Below are positions 52,870-64,000 of a DNA stretch of 64,000 bases, piece after piece. Each line of letters starts with the position of its first letter. The first letter of the stretch is position 1. A program made the position numbers and the translations under genes. The notes below the pieces were generated by a model. That model ran no database searches. It had not been told where the DNA came from and was given only the letters and a program-made list of their open reading frames with translations. Source of the stretch: Octopus vulgaris (taxonomy: Eukaryota). The DNA is taken from positions 71,486,001 to 71,550,000 of the forward strand of contig OX597820.1 in NCBI GenBank assembly GCA_951406725.2. Reading direction: 5' to 3'.

Positions 52870-53375
52870 TTCTCTCTCTCACTCTCTCTCTCTCTTGCTC
52901 TTTCCCATTGACTGACGTAACAATGTATTTTCTCTACAGCAAGACACCTGTGTGTGTTCCTCTTTCATGCTCTAACCTCTCATCACTTGGCACAAAGTCA
53001 CCTCCTCCAATACCCTCACCCCTCTCAAAGGTTCTTTGCCTTGTAAGTTATTTGGTGACCTTGCCAGTACTGGTGCCATGTAAAAGACATCCAGTCCACA
53101 CTGTAAACTGGTTGGCACATGGAAAGGCATCTAACTGTAAAAACCATCGCAAAGCAGATCTTCCTGGTGATGGTGCCACGTAAAATCACCCAATCCACTC
53201 TGTAAAGTGGTTGGCATTTGGAAGGGCTTCCATCCATAAAAACCATGTCAAAACAGACAGTGGAGTTTGGTGCAGTTCTGTGACTTACTAGCTCCTGTCA
53301 AACCATCCACCTTATGCCAGTATGGAAGATGGACGTTAAATGATGATGATGATGATGATAATAATAATAATGATG
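52870..53375 (+). mobile_element. RTE LINE 3' UTR
   Basis: Colinear with 11180-11656; (GAT)n tail. Confidence 0.82.
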
Positions 53376-54130
53376 TCTGGTTGTGACATTATGTATGATG
53401 TACAAGGTGGTATCAAAATGTTTCTGGACTAGTTCTCTTTAGCATGCCAACAGATGGCAGCACACTTGTACACACAGTGAGAGCTAGCAGTGACTTTCAT
53501 GAGGCAGTGTGCTGAGTGACATCGCTATGTTTACTTTGCAAGTTGTGAAATTTGTGTTTTTGTGATCATGTGCATGCTGTAGTCTGTGATTTTGTCTTGG
53601 ACAGGAAGCTGGAACAAAGAACCAATGTCTGTTACAGAGACATTGAGCATGCTTCAGCAAGCTTACAACACCAAGGCAATGAGTCATACACAATGTTTCG
53701 AGTGGCATGGGTGCTCAAATGTGGAAGAACATCTCTGGAAGACGATGTGCAATCTGGAAGACCTGCTATGAGTGTCATCCCCCAGAAATGTGGAGAAAAT
53801 TCATCAGTTTGTGCTTGAGGATCGTTGGAAGACAGTCAGCAACATTACTGATGTTGTTGGTCTGTCATATAGGTCAGTGCAGGCAATCGTAACATCTGAA
53901 TTGAACATATCTCTGCCAAGTTTGTCCTCCACCTGTTGACCACTGATCAGAAAGGACATCACCTTAAAGTCTATCAAAATCTCTGTCAGTGTGCCACTGA
54001 TGACCCATCCTTCATATTGAGGACGAGAGTTGGGCCTGTGGCTGTTTCAAAGGAGATGATTTTAAAACTTAAGTAAATAAGTTATTTTTTATTAAACATA
54101 ATTAGTTCGGGAACTTTTTGGTATCACTTT

Positions 54131-54843
54131 CATCATCATCATCATCGTTTAACGTCCGCTTTCCATGCTAGCATGGGTTGGATGGTTCAACTGGGGTCTG
54201 GGGAGCCCGAAGGCTGCACCAGGCCAGTCAGATCTGGCAGTGTTTCTACAGCTGGATGCCCTTCCTAACGCCAACCACTCCGAGAGTGTAGTGGGTGATT
54301 TTATGTGCCACCGACACAGGTGCCAGACGAGGCTGGCGAACGGCCACGCTCGGATGGTGTTTTTATGTGCCACCGACACAGGTGCCAGACGAGTCTGGCA
54401 GACGGCCACGCTCGGATGGTGTTTTTATGTGCCACCGACACAGGTGCCAGACGAGGCTGGCAGACGGCCACGCTCGGATGGTGTTTTTATGTGCCACCGA
54501 CACAGGTGCCAGACGAGGCTGGCAGACGGCCACGCTCGGATGGTGTTTTTATGTGCCACCGACACAGGTGCCAGACGAGGCTGGCAGACGGCCACGCTCA
54601 GACGGTGTTTGCGGTACTGGCTACGGTCCCGTTCAGATGGTTTTCTTATGTGCCACCGGCACTGGTACCACAAGGATACAAATTCCATTGATGTTCATCT
54701 ATTTTGATTTGGTTTGACTTGATTCGATTTGACTTTGATTTGATTTGCCTCAACAGGTCTTCACAAGTGTCACAAGCAGGAAGGTATGCACAGGCAGACT
54801 GACTACGTCCCAGGTAGGGGCCACGGGTTATGGCTTCACTAGT
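54131..54843 (-). mobile_element. Young, CpG-rich RTE LINE 3' UTR copy
   Basis: Same tail and UTR as the other copies but retaining CpGs. Confidence 0.88.
54298..54610. repeat. Five near-identical 62-bp tandem repeats (minisatellite) inside the RTE 3' UTR
   Basis: ATGTGCCACCGACACAGG starts at 54303, 54365, 54427, 54489, 54551 (period 62); a further diverged module at ~54648. Confidence 0.97.
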
Positions 54844-55199
54844 CTTTGTATGATATAAAATAGTGTTCTTATTCATAATGGAAAATTTGTTTAGAATGGT
54901 ATTTTGTCTGTTCTTGTAACCCCAAAGTTCTTGTATATGTAGGCATGTCCCTGTGGCAGCCAGCAATATCTCTTGAAATGTAAGTGAGAATATAATGTGA
55001 GGATTAAATAATGTTTTTTAATCAGGAGGAAAGGACAAGACCAATAAAAGGAAGGTATTCTCAAATGGGAAACCTGGCTGTAATGCATACAACTCAGTGG
55101 ATTCCACTGAAAGCATCCATCATGCTGAGTGGTGGTTTGAAATTGGGCCATGAATTACGAATACAATGTCTTGAACATCAAGTTGAGATATAGGGAGAT

Positions 55200-55800
55200 G
55201 CTGTTCTGTAAACCTTGGATCAAAGAGTTATTTTTGTTTGATAATATACCATCCTGGCATGTCATAAAAAAATAAGCCAATCATCCCTTTTATGTGTCTA
55301 CATCTGAATGATGTTTTCTAATGGTTATGCTGTAGGAAATAGAATCAGAACTATTTCTAATGTCACTTTTGTTATGTTGAAATCATCTGAGATTTATTGA
55401 CCTAGACTTGGAATATCAGGTAATGTTTGACTGGAAAATATTGAAGTCTTGTGGAAGAAATGTTAACAAGAAGTGTAATGGTTTGAATTGTTAAGAATAT
55501 GTAGGTCATTTAAGAAAGGCAAAAGTTGAGTTTTCATGTATGCCCATAGGGTAGCTACATCTCTCTTTAATTGGATTTTTAGTATGGTTGTTATCTTGTT
55601 TTACTCCAATAGTTTTGCTTTTGACTATCTTGATTCGAGAGCTTCATTTGTACTGCTATTTCATTTGATGTTAGATGCCTTAGAACCTCATATAAGCATT
55701 TTGATCTATTTGGCAGAGATAGGCTTGCAACAGCTGATGAGTGATTTGAGAATTCTGCTTAGGTATGATATGAATAATTGGTTTATTTTTGAAAAAACAA
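55200..55800 (-). mobile_element. Decayed CR1/L2/Jockey-type LINE ORF2 linker fragment
   Basis: KAKLLE..KRDVATLWAYMK resembles the 'W.Y.K' pre-RT region. Confidence 0.45.
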
Positions 55801-55994
55801 TTTAATTATAATGAATAGTTAAGATTGACATTTTGGGATAAGTTTATATATATATGTGTGTGTGTATGAATGTGTGCATGTATGTATATACTTATCTATC
55901 TATCTATCATCATCATCACCACAATCAGTTAGCTTCCATGTTCCATGCAGGCATGGGTTGGTTGATTTGACAGGATCTGATGGGTCATTGATAT

Positions 55995-56160
55995 ATATGA
56001 TACAAAAAAGCAAAAGATAGTCAGGAGAGGACACTATAAGTATTAGTTTGACGCTCAGGAAAAATGGAAAAAGGCTTCAACATTTCAAGCTTATACTTTC
56101 CTGCAGAAAGAAATGAGGAGAGGAAACAGATTAAGAGAGAAAAAATATCTAGAGGAAAAA
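55995..56160 (-). mobile_element. Second Penelope pseudo-LTR derivative, hammerhead heavily decayed
   Basis: GTATTAGTTTG..AACATTTCAAGC..CAGAAAG is colinear with 11720-11790. Confidence 0.45.
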
Positions 56161-56499
56161 AAACATGTCTAGATTAATGTAAAGCAACACTTGTGTTAGT
56201 GAAGAAAACATATCTAAACTAGGATCAACACCAGTTAGAAAGACTTAATTCAAATGAGGAATTGCAATGGTAATATTTTCTTATGACAGTATAAGTTTTC
56301 AGGTTTTTAATGGAGAAACAATATTATTAGCGATAATTTACATTTTTCAACAACTGATTGCAATGCAGACTCATCTTGCAAGGATCTTCTCTTCATTAGC
56401 AGTTGTAATTTTAACTCGTGTAGGTTTATGTGTGCATGCAGTGCTGTACACTTTATATTCAAAATTAGAAGATATTTGTTAATGGAAATTTAGATACTA

Positions 56500-57600
56500 C
56501 TTCAATAGATTATCTGCATTGATGCATTGATGTTAACTGCATCTACCAAAGTATTAGACCAGTTTAGGTTATGAAATATATATCTATGGATCATAAATAA
56601 AAATGGGTGAATCCATTATGAAATGTAGCAGAGGTAACAAGGGCTGTCTTAGCAATTAGTTTTCAACACTCTTGAGGCTACTACACAGTTTAGAAACTGT
56701 GTTTTCTTGAAAACTGTCAAAGGACACAGAAAGTTTCTCAAACCTGGTAGGAGATGTGGTTTTACGCAAGATTTAGGTTAGAAGTAGGAGCTCAGTATGA
56801 TGTCAGTAATGCAGCATATTGGCTTTACATATATATTGTAAGATTTCTAGCTTACTAGAAGGAAATCAGAACTTTAAATGTACCAGATGCTAATGTGTAG
56901 CTCACAGCAGTTGTCTATAAGATACTGATTGCAAATCGCTCATATTTCTACTAAGTGACATTTTTCTAGCCAAACTTTTCCAGCTAAAGTATGAATAATG
57001 GACTTACTAGAGATAACTGAAAAGGATTAGGAAATAAAGGATATCTTTTCTTGAGGCTAAGTGGAAACTTTGGGTGAGAAAATTGGTTGCGGTCCAGTAA
57101 AACATGAAAATAAGCATTGAAGGTTTATAACTTCTGGAAGTGAGCAAATGTGCGTTGACTAAATGTTTCACATCAAAGATATTTCAGGTATCATAAAGAA
57201 GTAATCTATAGCATTGTGAACTTGTGAATAAACATGTTCCTGGAGAGAAAGTGTCTAGGTGTTATGACAATGGCACTCATGATAATCAGAGAAGATGTGG
57301 GAAAATGGGATTTGGTTAGACCTAAAAAGATTATCTAAGTTTGAGAAGTTAAGATATACTATATTCAGGCATATCCTATGTAAACTCTCAAGGAAGAGTT
57401 TTAATTGGTCTGAAATTTATTTATAAAAGCATTAAAATTCAAAATCTTTCCTTTAATTAACAATTTTAGCTGCAATATATAAAGGGGACTGAAATGTCAA
57501 TTATTAACAACTTTGAACCTGATACGATCTAGGAATATCCTATTAAGCATTGAGGAAATTCATTATATTGTAACAGACGAGTGTAGTAGAACCACTCAGG
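56500..57600 (-). mobile_element. Decayed CR1/L2-type RT remnant
   Basis: LNIVYLNFSNLD (~57330-57365) resembles the RT motif VYLDFSKAFD. Confidence 0.45.
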
Positions 57601-60166
57601 TTTTCTTCAAAAAATTTCTGTTTTCTAAAAAAAATTATTTGTAAAAGATTACTTGTACCATGTTTTTTTTAAATATAATTCCAAAACAATAACTTTAAAT
57701 CTTCATATGTTGAAAATTATTTATTCAGTTATTTTATCAGTATTTTCTTGACAATCATCAAGGAATTGAAAATGAATATAAATTATAACATCTTTAATTC
57801 ATGTAATTCTTTAAACTGTTTTTCTATATTTTCCATTCTAAACCAGAATTTTTTCTTTTTCCTAATTATTTATATTCTCACAGATATTTTAAACTTGTTT
57901 CATCTAATGATTTTTCATAAAGATTTTCTTATTTCTATTGAAAAAGCAAATTGTTTGTGAGCAATGGATTAATGAGGTTTATATTTCATTCTCTTTTTAT
58001 TTATTTGGCTTTCCTATTACTTTTGTTTTATTTTTTAAAATTTGATACTAAAGTATGTATTATCCAAAAGATAATGATATTTCTAAATATTACATAAAGG
58101 TTTAAGCAGTTTACTGTACAAAAATGGAAGTACAGAAATTAAAAACAAACAATCAAACAAAGCTCCCCACCAGAAATAGGAAATCCTACATTAGAGAAAG
58201 CTTAAATAATTTAAAGTCAACCTTTGAATATATTTTATATGAATTATTCAGTTTGTTAATCCTCTACATTTTGCAAACTGTTCTAATAAACTCAGGATTT
58301 CTTAGATCTATGTTAACCTTATGTCATTGCCATAGGTATATTTATATGTATTCATTTTGCATAGTATTAGATAAAAATTATTATTGCATATACATCAAAA
58401 TAAAATAAGTATTATTCTTAAATTTCTCTGTCCATCATCTTGTCTTTTAATTTACATTTGGACAGTTGTGACCTATTAAATTGATATATAAGCTTATATG
58501 TTTTACATTAATTTATGAATCTAAATATTTTCAAGTCAAAACAATTGATTTAAAGTTAATAAAGCTAGTGTTAAAATATCTAATTTAGTTGCTAAAAATT
58601 AAATAACTAAATGTTATATCCTTTAAATATGAAAGCATTTTATTTTGTTTTGTGTCAGATTAAATATTCATGTAATAGAAATCAACTATATTCCTTTATT
58701 TTCGAATATTACTTTTACTTATTATGTTTTGCAAGACCTACTTCAAGTAGAGGGTAATACTAATAACTATTTTCAGATCTGAAAAGCTCCTTTAAAATAT
58801 TTAGAAATTAAGTTTAAAATATAGAAATAAGTAAAACTACAACAAGTTTAATGAACTTCATTACACAATGAAAAAGATTACATTCACGTTTTCAATACTG
58901 TTTAATGTCATTAGCATAAAACATATTTTTAAATCTTAATGCATTTGGATAGGTTTTCATTATTATTAACTGATTGCTATTTTTTCTATTTGCATATCTT
59001 ATGAAATTAGTTAAGTTTTGCTTGAAGAAATGATAACATTTCATGCACAATTTGCTCTTATCTCTTGAACATTAATATTGTGTGTTTTTACTTTTTTTAT
59101 CATAAGCATTGTCTGCAAGCCTTCTCTCCTTAAATATAATGCTATTCAATCTTTGCTGCTTTAAAAGCTAATATAATTTATTCTGAATATTAGTTTCTTT
59201 AGTAACAAAATTATTTTTTCTTTACTTTTTCTTTTAGAATTAGGTTTAACTTCACTTGCTCTTAACTTTTCAACCTCATGAATATTTCAGGATTAAAATC
59301 CTTTCTTCCACATTGTTGTTTTATCATTCTCAATTTCTTTTGAAAAAATTCATTTGTTCCTTTGCTTCCTTGTCTCAAAAGGAATATGCTTAACCTTACT
59401 GAAAAAGCAGAACAATAATAATTTTGTGCTCTCTTGAAAATCATTTGCAAGTGACTTGTACCTCAAACATTAAAGTAATAATGTAACCTCATCATATAAA
59501 TTTGCATTTCTCTTGTGAGATAATTTATTTCATTGCAAAGGACAGCCTCACAACAAAGAACTTAATATATGGATTTGATTATTATCCTCTCTAAATCACT
59601 GAGGATAGCAATTTTGCATACATTTTTTTAGAAAGAATTTCTTCTCTTTTGTGAGTCATTTTTTGTTTTTTGTATTTTCTATGATGATAGGAAAACTGAA
59701 AATAAGTTAAATGTCAATGCATATAGACTAGATACCATTGCTTTATATCATATATCAAATTTTACATCTCATTCATTCAGACCCATGACTCTGTATCTCT
59801 TTCACCTATTTTATATCCCCTCCTCAAAGTTAACATGGATTGAATTTTTTTTACTTTTAGGATTAGTATATAGATTATTAAAGATTTTGGTTTAATCTCA
59901 GCTGAACATCCATTCTTACATCATATAAATAAAGTATTTGACTTTTATGTATTATTTACCTATGTAAGTTCTTAGATCTTTATGGAATTATGTATGAATT
60001 TTCCTGTTAATATAGTTTAGATTTAAATATATTGGAACATTAAATAATTTATTTTATTTATCAATTTTCAAAGTTCAGTTTCAGTGTAAAATGAAAATTC
60101 ATCTTAAAATTACCTAAGGAAGATAATACACTATTCATAACAATCAAGGTAGCAACAATGAACCCC

Positions 60167-60205
60167 TCTTCTTCTTCTTCTTCTTCTTCTTCTTCTTCTT
60201 CTTCT
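60167..60205. repeat. (TCT)n microsatellite
   Basis: Direct inspection; it explains the poly-E/poly-S ORFs. Confidence 0.95.
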
Positions 60206-60229
60206 CCCCCTCTTTCTACCCACTTCCAC

Positions 60230-61300
60230 TTTTCCTTTCCTTGGCCTTCAGTTTGTATCACTTCTTTACAGAACTGCAATCCCCCACATGTCTGTACCTG
60301 CACATCGCATCTAATCCTACATATATTCATATTGTCTATTGACATATGCATTCTGTGCTTCATGCACATCCAGTAGAGCATGTTAATCTCATTTCTTTAC
60401 CACCTTAGCACATCCTCTGCATTTAGTATCCATGTTTCAGTACAGTGTACTGTCACACTTTATACACATTCATTAAATCATACAATCTATCCATCACTCA
60501 GACATATATGCTCTTTGTTGCCTGCAGAGGCAATTGTTGTTCCTTCAACTTATTCCACTTTATTTCACTCTACCTTTCAGAGCACACACTTGTGTAACAA
60601 AAGTTGTCAACTATATCTAAGGAATCCACTGAGCTTTTGAAAGAATTTATTTTGTTCTAATTTCTCATAAATCTGCTATGTATGAAGTACTTATCTGTCA
60701 GCCTACTTGTGAAACACTGCAACTCTTGTGCACCCATAGTTTACATAGAATATATCTTTTAGAATTCTAACTTACTCCTTCTCTGGACATGAAACTTGGC
60801 TAGTTCACAGATGGCAAGTAGTGTCTTCTTTCTGGTTAACTAAAACAATTTACCTTTGATAGCTTTGTTTAATTACTGATTCTTGGTTTTGCCTTTGCAT
60901 CTGGAATTTCTAAACCATAAGAGACACTTGTACATGCAATAGCATTCACCTGGGTTGGGTTGAGTTGGTTCCAACCAATGAGTTAATTATATCCTTCATG
61001 AATGATGACCACACCTGGCAGTTGGCTCTAACATTCCAGCAGATGAAATAATACTTCTGTCTGAAGCCCTGATTTAACAAATGCCCCACTGGAAGAGTAA
61101 GCATATCAGACAGCATGGATGCCATAGCCATAGTCATCATTCTTTGTTATGGTCTAGAGTTCATGTTTAGTTTTAGTGGGAATACAAATTCACATGTGGT
61201 CCCCAGTCACATGCATACACATTTTGGGATAGTGTGATCCATAGCAACTCATCTTGCCATCATTTGCTGACTGTTGCCAAGGATTCACTGACGAAGTCAA
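60230..61300 (-). mobile_element. Decayed RTE ORF2 remnant
   Basis: Reverse complement resembles the RTE C-terminal region of 10325-10790. Confidence 0.55.
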
Positions 61301-64000
61301 CACTGATTATCAGAGCAAATGTTGCTTGGATTTGAAGCGGGTAGTACACATGCTTGTTAACTAGTAGCTAGATCACTAACAGGTGCTACTACTCTGAGTC
61401 AGAGCAGAGCTGGGAACAATAATGGCTAAGACGTGGTTCCATATTTCACGAAAACGTGGAACTTCTGTACCAAGAGCCCCACTATTGGATATAGTTTAAA
61501 CCCTTACCATTAATAACTGAAGAATGTCTGAGAAATTTTTATATATGAAAGAATAAACTAAAAGTAAAAGTAGAAAAGCTAGAAATAAAATTTTCATTCT
61601 TTGACATGAGTTCCTATAGACATCCAGGGTCAGAGTACTATAATAATGTTTGAGAAGTTAACCATGATGGTCATCTTTCTGCACTCTAAACTTTTGGCCA
61701 AATTTTTACCGCTGTCTCACCTTTCTGATAACATTTCTGTACATGGCTTACATGGCTCTCAAATGTCATTCATCTACATCTAGTATACTTATCAACTACT
61801 TGATTACTGAGCATGGCACCCTATTACAGGCCTCCATCAAATTCACGAAAAGCTGCAAACTCTTTGCAGAGAATTTCTCCAGGAATTGTTTTCCAACGAA
61901 GGAGACTCAATGATAGCATGTTCTGACACAACTCCAAATTAAATGTTTAATTTTTTTTCTAGTCAATTATGCTATAACTCTTTCTATTACATTCATAACT
62001 TGGTCAATCAGTCTGCAGCATCTGTAGTTTTTTCTTTGTCCTCGTAGTAGTAGTTGATGATGATGATGATGACGACGATGACGATGATTACACTGCTATT
62101 CCAGTAATAAGAAATGTTCCACTGCCTAATTCATTCTGCAAGGGACTAACATATAATTCTGTTATTGTCTCTTGTTTATGTTCTACTTGGCTCGATATCT
62201 TAGCATCTCAACAGTTATCCCTGATGGCCAGGCTCCTTTCCCCTGCCTTCACATCTTTAATGACCATTTCAACCATATTGCTGTCAATTTCAAAAGTTGA
62301 TTCATCTGTTAGATCTACTTGGGCCTTTTTTACTTTCTTTACACTGTCATTTTATTCAGCAACCTCTTGTTGTAACATTTCCAAACCTCCTCCCTCCTCC
62401 TTGCTACCAGTGAGAGTGAGTGTGATGCTATCATCATATACATTCTTTCCACTAACCTGATTCAGATCCACAGGAATCACAACTTTGCATAAAATGACTG
62501 TTCATTGAATGACATTTTATTGAAATGACTTTTTATCAAAACATTTATTGAATAATTTCCTAAGTATATTATTTTTTACAATAATTTTTTTGTCATCAGT
62601 TATGTGAGTTGTGATTGTTGTTTAATATAACTGTGTAGACATCAAAACTTCAGATCAACCAATAGACAACATGGTACAAATATGTCTTCCCGTATCTGCT
62701 TGATATTGATTATTTTTGCCCATAGCTGAGATGGAATATGTGTTGAGTAGAAGAGGAAAATATAAGATAATTCTTAATGGCTTTTCATATTTGAGTGACA
62801 AGACAGTTAACAATACAGGAGATGTGACAAGTACTTGATATGTAGAAGCTAAATGTTGACTGATGTAAAGGAAATTCAAAACCAACCAATTGACCACGAT
62901 CGTGAGCATTTGAAGTGGAAAAGTTAGTGTCTAAAATATGGGAAAAACTTGCTTACCTGGACAAGCAGACATTGACTGTCATCCAAGGTATGATACAGAA
63001 CTTTTCACTATAAGCTGCTAGTAATCTTTAAAAAAATAAGTTTTAATATAGATGGTTCACAGAAAGAAAGTAAAGGGCAAATAGACAAGCAGCATAAAAC
63101 AACCAGAGAAGAAGTTTTATTAAAAGAGGATGATGAAAATATTTTTTATATTTCTGAATTGCAAAGAAATCTAGACTGGCTTGTCCAAAATGATGGAAAA
63201 TTTGCTCTTGCTTCAGATGATAATCAATTATATATCATTCACTTTCTGTATGGCTCTTTTATTGTTTCTTTGCTTATGCTAAAATTGGTGCTGAAAGTTA
63301 AATCCTTTGAGTTATCAAAAAAACAAAGACCTGGCATTTCACCTGAGACAATGATCATTGACTCTGGAGTAATTGCATTTAAGACATTTTCTAATAACTT
63401 CTTCCTACAGTTGAAGTTTTTAAATATTGTTTTTCTTTTTTCAATTTTGAATTTTGTTATTATAAACGTTAGCCTATAGAGATTTCCCAATAAAAATTTA
63501 GAACATACTCGTATGATAAAATCCTGTAAAGCTCTGGCATTTGTGCTAGATGATGTATAAAAATTTCAAGTGCAAAAAATGTAGAGCAATAGGGATGAAC
63601 ATCTGCTTGGAGTTTTCATAGATTATGTTAAAATTATGTGGAATGGACTTGTTGGATATGAAAGATGACAGCCAAGATTTCTAATATGATGCTGGTATGT
63701 ATATAAAAATGTATTGCAATGTTCTACTCATAGCAGTGATGATTGTTACGCTGCATTTAGTAAATATATTGAAATTGTGCTGCCTCATGGGGAAAAAATG
63801 AAAATGTGAATAAAGTACAAGAGATATTTAATGAGTAAACTGGCTGGTGGTATTGATAACCCCCCCAAGAGAAAGAAATGACTTGTAGTGGATTAGTGAG
63901 TAAAGATCATTGTATTTGAATACCATGCTGTTAATAATCAAATAATTAATTATCTATAATGTTTATGCACATAACTTATAAAATTGGTAGTTTCAAATTT

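Larger units (their letters stand above)
53403..54848 (+). mobile_element. Internally deleted mariner element; right TIR split by RTE insertion
   Basis: Left TA|CAAGGTGGTATCAAAATGTTTCTGGACT; right AGTTCGGGAACTTTTTGGTATCACTTT [RTE] CTTTG|TA; N-terminal transposase KLEQR..ETLSMLQQAY..CFEW..GRTSLEDD..SGRP. Confidence 0.85.

Noticed and set aside
54298-54610. CRISPR-like regular repeat array
   Set aside because: Units are contiguous 62-mers without unique spacers, there are no cas genes, and the context is a eukaryotic retroelement UTR.
54165-54717. Overlapping 128-180 aa ORFs
   Set aside because: They arise because the 62-bp repeat lacks stop codons on the plus strand; all frames give the same permuted peptide, antisense to the RTE.
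60061-60381. Poly-E / poly-S ORFs
   Set aside because: Caused by the (TCT)n microsatellite plus an RTE remnant.

Overview
AT-rich, microsatellite-dense eukaryotic DNA. The SINE/RTE repeat families, (GAT)n/(AAT)n tails and (TA)n/(CA)n density match what I recall of an octopus (coleoid cephalopod) genome; that assignment is inference. No intact long ORF is present. The ORF track is almost entirely microsatellite or transposon artefact. Recognisable content is a layered transposon landscape: a Tc1 element with intact TIRs and TA TSD, a nested mariner, Helitron/Helentron-type non-autonomous elements, about 10 5'-truncated RTE LINE ends, an R4/Dong endonuclease fragment, a degenerate Penelope-like RT, two Gypsy remnants plus a solo LTR, and two tRNA-type SINE families. 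A few short plus-strand segments with good splice signals suggest the window is mostly intronic, in a gene I cannot identify. The most notable signals are: (i) a minus-strand type I hammerhead ribozyme with an intact core and unusually long stem II at ~38.4-38.5 kb, plus two decayed minimal hammerheads; (ii) a variable-copy array of ~62-nt double-hairpin modules in RTE 3' UTRs, homogenised in one young CpG-rich copy; (iii) many closely spaced inverted repeats that would form long dsRNA. All calls are by eye; no database searches or folding programs were run.
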